This document shows, piece by piece, positions 1 through 12,700 of a stretch of 64,000 bases of DNA. The DNA lies in the NCBI RefSeq assembly GCF_002113885.1, contig NW_018406762.1, positions 1,266,834 to 1,330,833 of the forward strand, in the 5' to 3' direction. The notes beneath the pieces were generated by a model. That model was not told the DNA's origin. It searched no databases and saw only the letters and a list, made by a program, of their open reading frames with translations. This DNA is from Mizuhopecten yessoensis (Eukaryota). A program made the position numbers and the translations under genes. Every line of letters begins with the position of its first letter. Positions within the stretch are counted from its first letter, which is position 1.

Positions 1-320
1 TCCATTTAAAGTCTCCTTGACCTCTTTAACCATTTGTGGATCATATAGAAAACTCTTCAAATATGTCTTGTCAACCTAATCAATTTATCATTTGAGGAAA
101 GTTGTCTTCATATGATCTTAGCTGTTACTAGGATGTTAAACCCTTACCCCCCCATCAAAGCTATGTTATTTTTTGTTAAACAATTATTCTTTTGACAAAA
201 GGTTGATAATGTCTATGGCATTTCAGTAAGATCACACTATAATATTAGCTTGATCTGAATTATCTTTATAGTTAATGTTACATAATTTTTTTATTTAGAA
301 ATATATTATATAGGATATAT

Positions 321-593
321 TATACCGTCAAATCGGATCATGTGATCACCTCTATTAGGGGACCACCTGTGTTAAGAAACCACTTTAAATGTTTACCATT
401 GTTGTGATTTTATTGTTATCTGAACCTGTGATAAGAGACCACCTGTAATAAGAGACCACCTGTGATAAGAGACCACCCATGTTAAGAGACCCCCTGTGAT
501 AAGAGACCACCTGTGTTAAGAGACCACCTGTGTTTAGAAAACACTTCTTGGGACTTCCCAAGGGTGATTTCTTACTATAAGTTTGGCAGTATA
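321..593. mobile_element. MITE with internal 17-bp tandem repeats (TAAGAGACCACCTGTG[A/T])
   Basis: Imperfect TIRs tataccgtcaaa / tttggcagtata with TA ends (Tc1/mariner-pogo style); tandem units at ~425-540. Confidence 0.6.
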
Positions 594-678
594 AGTGACA
601 CTCTAGATCTTCAGTCAGTTAATAATAATATAATTATAAAATAAGCTGTAATATTTTGTCCATTTCTGTCTTTCACAG

Positions 679-734
679 TATACACACTGCAGTTACAAGC
701 ACCCAAGCCAAGAAGGATCATTTGTCAGTATGAG
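679..734 (+). CDS. CHN1: Chimaerin exon ([19 protein letters not shown])
   Basis: tttcacAG acceptor, GTAAGT donor; resembles the chimaerin N-terminal LYQLQQEAP..RRI.C motif. Confidence 0.9.
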
Positions 735-3700
735 GTAAGTGGTACAGTTGTTTAACGATTGAAAAAGTCCAATAAATTGCCAGGTCAAACTAAAGGCATT
801 TTACAGGAAACATATAAAAGTTCAGAGGTTCCTGGTCCCAAATCTGCAATTCTTCTCAAATTTAACAATCGTTCATGACATTTGAACAAACAGGAACGTT
901 GAAAGCATCTAAATAAATATCGGATCAATTTTCATTTATTTCCTGTTTACATTTTACACCAGGTCAAAATTATGTATCCTTCAAGTTCAGATTACACTTT
1001 CTGATTAGAGCATGATTGTAAACTTCTGAAGCCAGGTTGTTTAAGGAAGTTAACAGAGGTTATGTAGAATAATTTAATTGCGACTTCATCAGGAAAGTGC
1101 CGACAGTTTGCTTTTATAAAAACTTGTTTGTGTTCATCCAGTCATCTTTAAGCAGGGAACCTCTGACATAGAGCAGTATGAGTTGATATGTTACGATTGT
1201 ATATGAAGTACCAAACTCATTTCTCAGTTTGCATTTATTTGCCCCCATCATTTGTAACCCAGTGTAAAAGACTTTAACTGCAGTTACTTCCCTTGCAGAA
1301 ACTCTCCTTGTCCTAAACATAATCATGAACTGGCAGGACCTGCCCATCTACTGATTTAAGGGGATCTGATTGAAAATTTCCAAATGGGCAGATGGCTCAA
1401 ATGTTCTTAAAAAGAATATCTCTTTCTGTAATCAATCGAACAATGCTGGTCTTTTATGTTATTCCGTAGAAGTTACTGAATGAAAAAGGATATAACGTGA
1501 ATGAGTATAAGCAGGGGCCTGTTGGTTTATGCGGGACAACCGGTTTGTCCGTTTTTGAATATAACAATTTTGGGTATAAATCCTGGTGGACCTGCAAATG
1601 TGTATGCAGACCTTGCAAGGCTTTGTCAAGGCTACCTGAAAGCAGCATCATATTACTGGGTCCGACCTTATTTGATAAACGAACAACTGTGGTCCGACCG
1701 GTTCAACTGTTTGAACAGGGGGCATGTAAATTCTGGTGTAAACTTAAATCAGTAGAAAACCAAATTTGTCGAAGTAAAACATTGGTATTTGAACTGAATT
1801 TTCATATTCTGTAAGGAAGGGATATCTGATGACTAGCACCCTGTTGTTTAAGACTTTCAGACTTGAACAGTATGCCTTATTTTTTGCGAGTTGTTTTGTG
1901 CAACTCTCAAATTTTCTGTTTATAACGGAAGTACACATGCCCCCTTACCATGTGACATGCATATCTAAAACGTGGCTGAATCCGGAGAGAAAAAGTATAT
2001 GAGAAGCGACGTTTTAGACGATGCCAGCCTGGAAGAGCCAGCCAGCCAGACAGTGCCGTAGTATATTACTGTCATAGATTGGTGTTATGTAATGACATCT
2101 ACACACCAAAAAACCCACCAAACCTGATATACGATGTTTCACTGGGGAAATCACTGCCTTTTCAACAGTTCTGTTCCCTCGTAATACAGAGAGTTAATTA
2201 CTGTCAATACCAGGGAGAACTTGTAGCAATAAAATCTTGTTTCAGAGAAATGGTAGTCGAAGATTAGCTGTATACATGTAGTTATAGGTGTATCATTTGG
2301 TAGACCTTAACTTTTGTTTGCATGTTCAACTTTCGTAGATTTGAGCTTATTCATCCCTGCATATTTAAACTGGACTATGGTTTGGTAAGGTTCAAATGGG
2401 ACTTAAGGGGTGAATGGGTTAATTAATGAGGTTATTTGACTGAACTAAATTACTGTTGTTTTTTTTTTTTTACATTTTAGGTACCCAACAAACCACCATT
2501 TTATGGAAAAGAGTAAGTATTCTCCTTTCTTTGTGATTCAAAATTACTCTTGGGTTAAGTATATGCATCCAACATCTGACCTTAATAAAGAATTAAAGGA
2601 AGGAACAGTTTATAACTTTGATTACTTTTGTTCTACCCCTTTGTTTATAGGTATACAAAACAATGATCTTATAGTGTTAGTGATAATCACTGGCTTAAGA
2701 TCTAGAGCACCTCAACATGTATGTATGGAGGAGGTTTAGTGGAAACCTTTATATCCTAAGGATACTTGACGTGGTGTGTCTGAAGAGGATAAACACAATA
2801 GATTTATTTTGAAGTGGTAAGACATTTGGAAAATAAAGTCAAGCAGTCTAGCACATTGATTTCCAAGAATATCTTTGTTTGCTGAGCGTGAAGGGTTCTG
2901 GTTGAGGAAGATGACCCCCCCCCCCCCCCCCCCCCAAGGGAGTCGACTCCAGACATGTATCGATTGTGTAGGTGATGTTCGCTGATCAGCTTTGGTAACC
3001 AGTGATAACATTATTACACTGTTATCCAAAACCAGATGCGCTGTGTCTGTTTCTCTCACCTGAATTATTGGCTTTCTCCGTGGGAGTGATATTGGTAAAT
3101 TGGCCTTCAGAAGTCTGTGGTGGTCATGCTAAACAATGTAAACAAGATATTTGTTGAGTTAACACAAGAGATATGTTTGGTAAATGTGTAAACTGGTCCT
3201 CAGAAGTCAGAGTCTGTTGGTAAACCAGACACTTGTTGAGTTTACCGGAGTGTTCAGATGGGTAAATGTGGTAAAATTGTCCTCATAAGTTCAGAGAATT
3301 GGCAAGTAAACCAGACACTTGTTGAGTTTAAAGGGTGTTTATATGGGTAAATGTGGTAAAATTGTCCTCAGAAGACAGAGTCTATAAGAAAACCAGATAC
3401 TTGTTGAGTTTACCAGTGTTTAGTTGGGTAAATGTGGTAAAATTGTCCCTTAGAAGATGGAGTATGTAAGTAAACCAGATACTTGTTTAGTTTACAGGAG
3501 TGTTTAGTTGGGTAAATGTGGTAAACTGGTCCTCAGAAGCCAGAGTCTGTGGTGGTTTCACTACAATTTGATGACTGGTCTGACCAATAAATGTCAGACA
3601 GAGTTATTTGCTCCTCAGCCTTAAAACAAGGTAATAAGTAGTTTAATGTAAACAGGACATACTCAATATCATGGTCGGGCTACTGTCTGGGCTCAGATTG

Positions 3701-6700
3701 AACTAATTACCCTGAGGCTACAAATCAGACACATCTCTTGACCATTCTACCAGCCGCTAGATTACAAAGATTGAAAAGTTGAGAAAATTATTTGATTTCC
3801 AGAAAAGGCATTTGTTTTCAATAAACTGAACGGAATAAAACATTTGACAGAGACTTTTACTTACGATACAATTGAGTCTGGATAATCCAGTCACTTTAGA
3901 ACAGGTACCCATAAAAGGTGTCTTAATTACGAGACTGCTGGATAGCAGGGATAGCTTTGTCCCCTAAAACCCTGGCTGTACAGATAGTGCCAATCTGTCC
4001 CATAAAACCCTGGCTATACAGATAGTGCCAATCTGTCCCCTAAAACCCTGGCTGTACAGATAGTGTCAATCTGTCCCCTAAAACCCTGGCTGTACAGATA
4101 GTGCCAATTTGTCCCCTAAAACCCTGGCTGTACAGATAGTGTCAATCTGTCCCCTAAAACCCTGGCTGTACAGATAGTGCCAACCTGTCCCCTACAACAC
4201 TGGCTGTACAGATAGTGCCAACCTGTCCCCTAAAACCCTGGCTGTACAGATAGTGCCAATCTGTGTCCTAAAACCCTGGCTGTAGAGTTAGTGCCAATCT
4301 GTCCCCTAAAACCCTGGCTGTACAGATAGTGCCAATCTGTCCCCTAAAACCCTTGCTGTACAAATAGTGCCAATCTGTCCTCTAAAACCCTGACTTTACA
4401 GATAGTGTCAATCTGTCCCCTAAAACCCTGGCTGTACAGATAGTGTCAATCTGTCCCCTAAAACCCTGTCTGTACAGATAGTGCCAATTTGTCCCCTAAA
4501 ACCCTGTCTGTACAGATAGTGCCAATCTGTCCCCTAAAGCCCTGGCTGTACAGATAGTGCCAATCTGTCCTCTAAAACCCTGGCTGTACAGATGAACTAC
4601 GTGGATAAAGGGTATAATTTGAACTACGTGGACAAAGGGTATAATTTGAACTACGTTGACAAAGGGTATAATTTGATCTACGTTGATAAAGGGTATAATT
4701 TGAACTACGTGGACAAAGGGGATAATTTGAACTACGGTGACAAAGGGTATAATTTGAACTACGTTGACAAAGGCTATAATTTGAACTACGTGGATAAAGG
4801 GGATAATTTGAACTACGTGGATAAAGGGTATAATTTGAACTTCGTGGATAAAGGGTATAATTTGAACTAAGTGGATAAAGGGTATAATTTGAACTACCGG
4901 GATAAAGGGTATAATTTGAACTACGTGGACAAAGGGTATAAGTTGAACTACGTGGATAAAGGGTATAATTTGAACTACCGGGATAAAGGGTATAATTTGA
5001 ACTACGTGGACAAAGGGTATAATTTGAACTACGTGGACAAAGGGTATAATTTGAACTACGTGGACAAAGGGGATAATTTGAACTACGTGGACAAAGGGTA
5101 TAATTTGAACTCTGTGGATAAAGGGTATAATTTGAACTACCGGGATAAAGGGTATAATTTGAACTACGTAGACAAAGGGTATAATTTGAACTACGTGGAT
5201 AAAGGGTATAATTTGAACTTAATCCGTGGTTACAGTTTCCAATGAAAGGTTTCTCCTCCAGCAGATCCCGAAGATTTCAGCAGAATTAATTACCGTTGCG
5301 ATTCATGTCTGCTGATCACAGTTAAGGGTACTTAGGTATCGGAAGCCGGCTGCTAATGTTAACTTATTAGGTACATTTAGAAGGTCACCACACAAATGTT
5401 TGTCGTGAATCAATAAACATTTCGTCACCGTTTAATGCTGTAAGAACGGCTAATTACAACAGAAAACTAAACCTGAACACAATCAGGCCATATCAGCTGT
5501 CGTGTATAAGGTCAGAACACTAATGTTGACAATACCTTGGACTTGTAACACGCTAATGGCTTTTAGAGACAAATTACCGGGTTAGATGGAACTGTTAAGT
5601 CGTTGTTGGGTGTGTAATTAGTCTTTATCATTAAAGAATTTGGGAAGTGGGTCAATTAACCGATTTTAGCTTGTGTTCTATTGTTCAATTTTAAAATCTG
5701 GTAAATTTCTTCAGTTTTCCAAAAAAAGAATAGTATGCTACTTTCATGACTTGAGGAGGTCACTTGACCTTTGTTGAGAGTTACCATGGTGATGTGAAAC
5801 TGAGATTGTTTTGAGTTGTGTGGCCTAACAGCAGCTAAGGTCATTTGATTAGCGTCCACATGAGGAGGTCACTTACAACAACCATCTGTTGAAAATGTGG
5901 TAACTTGGAAACGGTAGCATATTGAAAGTGAGATAATGATTGTGAACTGTGTTTACAGGTACCAGGGTAACATAAGCCGTGACGAAGCTGAGCGTCTGTT
6001 GTGTGAGGGAGATGGGTGTTACCTGGTTCGGAAAAGTGACCGAGCCCCTGATGCGTTCACTCTTGCAATCAGGTAAAAAAAAGTCTTCACTTTCAATAAT
6101 CCACATTATGATATACATGTAGTGTAAAACACCAGATAAAGAATATTGAATGGCAACGATGGTTAAGTTCAGAACCAGTATACAATAAATTCACCACCAG
6201 ACTTACTGCCATATTTGACTCTACAAGTATGCATGAAATTCTTTCCCCAGATCTGTCTTGAATATAATAAAGTCTGCTAAGTGTAAACAAGGAGTTGAAA
6301 ATAATGAAAATAGACAAATCATTGTTAAAAGAACATTTTATGATGTCATTAAGTAATGATGGTGAGAATTGCAGTACCAGATCTATGTAGATGATTAGCT
6401 CTATATAGTAAGGGAGATAACCTAGACTTGACAAGTCTGAAAGAATCAAACACTTCATGTTTTCTTTTGCAGGTTTGAAAGTCAGACTAAGAACTTTAAG
6501 TTGTACTACGATGGAATGCACTATGTTGGTGAGAAGCGATTTGATACGGTTCACGACTTAGTGGCAGACGGACTCATCCACTTTTACGTGGAAGCAAAAG
6601 CTGCAGATTACATTGCATCTCTCTCGAACGAGTCGAACTATGCGGAGTCGCCGTATTTGGCATACAGTGCAAAAAAGAAACGGCTGCAGCGATCACAGAA

Positions 6701-9700
6701 ATCAGTGGTCGCCAGGAAATTAGAACACACAGATTCAGGAAATTCGAATGTTGATGGACCTAATAGACTAAGTAATGGCTCAAACGGGACAACTGTTCAG
6801 GCTCAAGGGGTGAGTTTGTCGTCCGTAGGATAATTAGATAGTACATTGTCATGTTAATAGCTGACCTGGACCCAGGATATTGTATTTAAGTTGGGAAATT
6901 TCAATTGTCAGTAAATATTTCAAGAAGTCTGTCCAAATTGATTGAAATATGACATTTACTTGTATATATTGTCAAACATATATACGGACAACGACACTGT
7001 AATATTTACGCATAGACCCTTGCTTTTGTCAATTTCATTAGGTGAAGGAGTTGATTACATTTTGTCACAAGACCGATTCAATTCATCAGCCATTGAGATT
7101 AGCTAAGGCAAGTTTCAATCCTTGTATTTTAAGTCAACTCATTTGTTAAAGTATGAAACTTGTGTAAGTCTACCATAAGGCTCTAGACACTGGAGCTTGT
7201 ACAAACCAAGGGGTAACATTATTGAGGTTTAAATATGGTCCGTCAGCAAATGTACTTTGTCGTGGCCCAGTCCTGAAATAAATAATTCCAAGAACAACAA
7301 TTTCATTTACATCAGATAAGCTCTCCTTTTGTGGCAGAACAGTGTGAAATTACTGGCAAATTACGGTGATCGGGTAGCGCAGTGGGTAGCCCACTTACCT
7401 GTCACGAATGCGGGCACGGTTTGATTCCCCAATCGGACGTGAAAAGGTATATGGACACCTGCCGTGGGTTTTCTCCTGGTTCTCTGGTTCCCCCCCCCCC
7501 CCTGCTCCAACATCTCGGCCAACAAATTAACTTGTTTCATAGTTGTTGTAAAAATAAGGTTTAAATACATGTATATACTTGTAAATCCATATACAGAGAC
7601 ATCCTTACTCTGGTCAGTTTCATGGAGAAATTAAATATACAAGATTTGGCTATTTCACTGAATCAAACTTCTGCTAAATTGAAATTTGATATTTAGCTTT
7701 GAGACTCAATTCATTCATGCTGTCATACATCAAGGTTCAAATGTGTTTGTAAATTGCAAAATATCATCCAGCATTGTACAGATGCAAGGAATATTAAAAC
7801 TCAGATGTTATGAGTAATTCATACAAGAGTAAAAACAGGAGGTGAATTGAGATAATTGCGTGAGTTGTTCATATGGAGATCCACCACTACTGATGCAGAG
7901 CAATGTTGTAGTGTATGTGAATCAGAAGTGTTTCTTTATAGTAAGACAAAGAAATATCAAAAAATTGCAAGACGTCGAGGACACCTTTGTTAGGGGTCGC
8001 CGTGGCCAAGTGGTTACAATGTCCGACATTCCGCTACCACTAGCCTTCCACCACTGGGTCGTGGGTTCGAGGCTGTCGTGGGGCAGTCCCCAGGTACTGG
8101 CTGTAGGTCGTTTGTTTTTCTCCGGGAACTCCGGCTTTTTTTTCACCACCAAAACCTGGCACGTCCTTAAATGATCATAGCTGTTAATAGAACGTAAAAC
8201 ACAAACAAACCATACACTTTTGTAATTTTAAATGTGTGTTTTAATTGAGATATTACAGCCTACTATGCAGAGAGATTTGTTGCTCATTGAGCTGAATTAA
8301 GTAGACACAGTAAAGATTACAAAAAAATGTCTTGATGTGTTAAGAATCTTTTGTTTCATTTTGTTTCATGACATTTGAAACACTAAGTCATTGTCCAATA
8401 TGTCTAGTTTTTAAAAATCTTATTATTACAGCAATTCCTAGAAGATGATGACGATGATATACTGGCTAACGTCCATGAGTTTGAAAAGGCACATAATTTT
8501 AAGGTTAGTTCATTGTACGTTGAATGATTGATCGATGTAACTTTGACACAAGGTCAAATTGTAAAGGAGTGGAGGTCACATGACCATTTAAATGAGGTCA
8601 TCGTAATTCAACATTTTGCCAGCTTCTTGTGCATAACTATTTAAGTAATGAAGGGGGTATCTAAACGGAGTTGTGGTCCTATGAAATAAATTGTTATCAA
8701 ACTTAATCATGAATCATGTTGATCATACAGACTCAGAATGTTAAATAAACCATCTATTATAATACTTCATAATTATAACTTTTCAATTGATTCCCACCAC
8801 AAGTAATGGTCTGTTTATGTTTTTTGTGGCATATCTGTTAGAATGTGCCATCATTTGCAAAGTTAAAACACATATAATTAAGGTTTTGAAAAATATTGTG
8901 GTACATATTTCATTTCTAACTTGCGATATATGATGTGTGTGACTTGTGATATACTCAGTTTTCCAACACATTGTGACTGCCCTAGAAAATTTCTCCGAAT
9001 GTCAGTTCATAAAGTTTTAGAACATGAAATTGGTATAGTCACAGTCAGATTGATGACATCACAATCAGTGGTCACCTGACCATATACTGTTATAGGCTCT
9101 CAATAGGTATTGTATTTTCTATGTATAGAGGTGAAAGGTTGCTGAGCAAATGTAAATATATGTACATGGATAGTAGATTTTGAATGTAAGCTATTTGCCT
9201 TTTCAGACTCAAAACTTCATGGGACTACACTGGTGTGACTACTGTGCCAACTTCATGTGGGGTCTCATTGCTCAGGGGGTCAAATGTCAAGGTGAGTCTA
9301 ATGTACAGGGTCAAAAATCAAAGTGAGTCTAATGTACAGGGTCAAATGTCAAGGTGAGTCTAATGTACAGGGTTTAATGTCAAGGTGAGTCTAATGTACA
9401 AGGTCAAATGTCAAGGTGAGTCTAATGTACAAGGTCAAATGTCAAGGTGAGTCTAATGTACAAGGTCAAATGACAAGGTGAGTCTAATGTACAAGGTCAA
9501 ATGTCAAGGCGAGTCTAATGTACAAGGTCAAATAGCAAGGTGAGTCTAATGTACAAGGTCAAATGTCAAGGTGAGTCTAATGTACAAGGTCAAATGTCAA
9601 GGTGAGTCTAATTCAAAAGGTCAAATGACAAGGTGAGTCTAATAAGGGGTTATTTGAAGGTCAGTTGTCAAATAAAGGTCAAGGTAAGTACTGCATTGTG

Positions 9701-12700
9701 TCAAATATCTTATGTCAAGTCTGAGTCTAGTGTCCAGGTGATCACGAGATGTTAGCAGTTAATTATCAGCGGTCAAATGTAAAATTGAATAAAGGTCAAG
9801 GTCATTGTACAAACCAAGTCTATCACTTGGGTCATATTAAAACCCAAAACAAATTCGTCAAAGGTGAGATGTATAGGCTTGGCATGTTGGAGGCAGATTA
9901 TTGGCCGGCTGTACTCATGTATCATATTTAGCCTTGAAAGTCATAAGATAGAATCAGTCCAACAGATGAAACATTAAACATAAGAATTGTTTTGAATAAA
10001 ATTCTTGTTGTACATTTTTACCAAAAAAGGCTTTCTGAGATGGTCCCTTTTGATTGTATGTTTGTTCTGTTTTGCAGATTGTGGATTTGAAGCTCACAAA
10101 AAGTGTTCTGAGAAGGTCCCTAATGACTGCATGCCAGACATTAAGTTTGTGAAGAACTTATATGGAGCTGATCTCACTACAGTGGTCAAGGCGAGGAATA
10201 CACCCATCCCTGTCGTCGTGGAAAAGTGTATAAAAGAGATAGAGTCTCGAGGTAATTGTCTGCCCTTGGCTTCCTTTGTAGTAAATCTCATTGGTGCAGA
10301 TATCATGATTTCTGAGAAAAAAATCAGATGTAAATAAATCTTTTTATATATCAAACAGAAAGGAAATGTCTGCAAGATGCAATGATTTTTCATTTAATAA
10401 CGAAACGGCCCTATTGCTTTGTGGGGAAAGGGAAGTAACTCAACATTTCTGATCATCAAATTTTTCATGAATTTACAAATATACTCTACCTTAGAGGTTA
10501 TTTTTTTCATGAAAAAAGAATCTGCATATGAGTTGTTTTTGGTAACATGTGTAAACCCACTGTGTCTGCCTCTAGGTCTGGAGTCTGAGGGACTCTACAG
10601 AATAGCAGGCCTACATGACGAAGTGGAAGGCATCAGGATGGCGTTTGATAAAGGTCGAGTATAATATCTTCTTTTTATATTGTCACCATTTGTCCTGTAT
10701 AATTTTGGCTTTTTAAAGGGGATGGGTTTTGTGTTATACATCGTATTTCAAGGGAGACATATTAAAAAGTTGTAAGTATTTACACGGAAAAGGGACTTTG
10801 AAATATCTTAGCAGTAAATCTTGAATATTGCTACAACTGTGTAAAATAATTGAATTATTGACTATTACGGGTAATTATGCAATTAACAGTTAATTGCAAG
10901 GACCTCAAATATTCGAAAGATTTGTCTTATGTACATGTAAATACTATTGCTTAGTTGGGACAAATTTTGTCCACAGGCTGAAGCTGAAATTAAGTTAGGG
11001 TGCTGTGCCTTGTAAATAAACGTTGTTGATGCGGTGTTTTGTAGACGGAGAGAACACGGACATCAGTGTCAATAGATACGATGACATCAACAGTATCACA
11101 AGTGTGCTGAAGCTGTACTTCCGACTCCTCCCCATACCACTGCTCACCTTCGACGCCTATAAGTTTATAATTGATGCCATAAGTAAGTGTACCACTGATT
11201 CTGTACTTCGTCATGTTACTAAGCCCGAAAGTAAGTCTTACAGAATTTGTCTTGAATCATCTTACAAGGGTCATATAATTTACTATAACAGATTTTTTTT
11301 CTCTGAATCTACTGGAGAGAAATTTCTACTACGTCAAAACGTCACACCTTGAATCAGATTTGCAGTGATTATATATATGCTGTGCTTGACTATATATAAT
11401 CTTAGATTACAGTTATCTACAGGACTTACATCGGCAATTAGTTTACATAATTCGCATATTGGGTCCAAACTTACAGAAAAGATACTCATAGCGAAAATGA
11501 ATTCTTTGTGAAATGTACCCCCTGTAGAGTGGTAAAAGTGGTGTATATACAGTGTACCATTATAAAGTTGACTACTGTGGAGCATGGTTCATTTGAATGC
11601 TAGGTTTTCAGCTCTGTTTGATAATAATATATATAGGATCTTAAAAGAGTTTTCATTTCATCTGAGATTTTATGAAACGAGTCTTAGTAGTTATTATTTT
11701 TGCGAGCCTTATCGAGCAAATATCAAAACTTCGAGATGAGTTTCATAAAAGCTCATATGAAATGAAAACAAATTTAAGATACATTTTATCACATAACTCA
11801 GAAAACTTACATTTTGACAGGTTTTAAAGCCCAAACGGAGACAGACATTTTGTTGCGCCATTCACAATTTATGACGTCATGTCATTATCCATATTATGAC
11901 GTAAAAGTATTACACGGGCGAATTCACTGGATAACAGGCCGATAATGTGATAAATATATATATCTAGACGAGACTGCCAAGACTGTTGTAAGCTGTACAT
12001 GTTGGTCCTAGCAATCACATACTGCCAGCTTTTTTAAATTTCCATACGGGAGATAACGCATGGTCAAAATTACAAACATCAATAAGATGGGTGTGTATAT
12101 ATCCCTAGGGACAAAATAACACTATAAAATGGCATCTTTTGAACAACACTTTCCCATGAAATCATCAGATGTTAGAGAATCCGAATACTTTAACAGATTC
12201 AGGGGTTGAAAATGCTCAATTTTAGGGTTTAAAATCAGATGCTTCCAATATAGGGAGAGTTGGCAAGTTTGCAAACATCTTTTTTAAAAAAAAACACCTC
12301 ATGAATATCAAAATGTTCAGAGATCAAAGATCACATAAATAGACAACAACCAATCATATAGATCGACAACCAAACATTTTAGCTTTAATAAAAATATTAG
12401 TACGCTGGTAACCTTGTGTTTGAAGTTTTAATTATAAGAGTTTTCCAGATTATCTCGATTTCTGAGATCACACGGTAAGAAATAGTAAGAAATAATTACC
12501 ACAATTTTCATCTTTTCCCCATAATCAATATAATCTGTGTAAGTTTTGTATTAATTTCAGAAAAATTAAGGCCCTTGTTATTTTTGTGTTGTAGAGCGTG
12601 AAGATATCCGTTCAAGGGAGCTAATCGTCAAGCTGAAGGAGGGACTATCCATATTACCCCCCGCCCACTACCAGACACTTAAATACCTCCTAGCACATCT

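Noticed and set aside
4592-5245. ORFs of repeated NYVDKGYNL
   Set aside because: Translation of a 27-bp intronic minisatellite; internal TAA; not needed for the chimaerin frame.
7993-8090. Functional tRNA gene
   Set aside because: The A/B boxes continue into a SINE core and tail with a probable TSD; no proper cloverleaf seen.
10654-10659. Non-canonical or minor-class intron at GTCGAG
   Set aside because: A weak but ordinary GT donor in the expected phase; no U12 GTATCCT signature.
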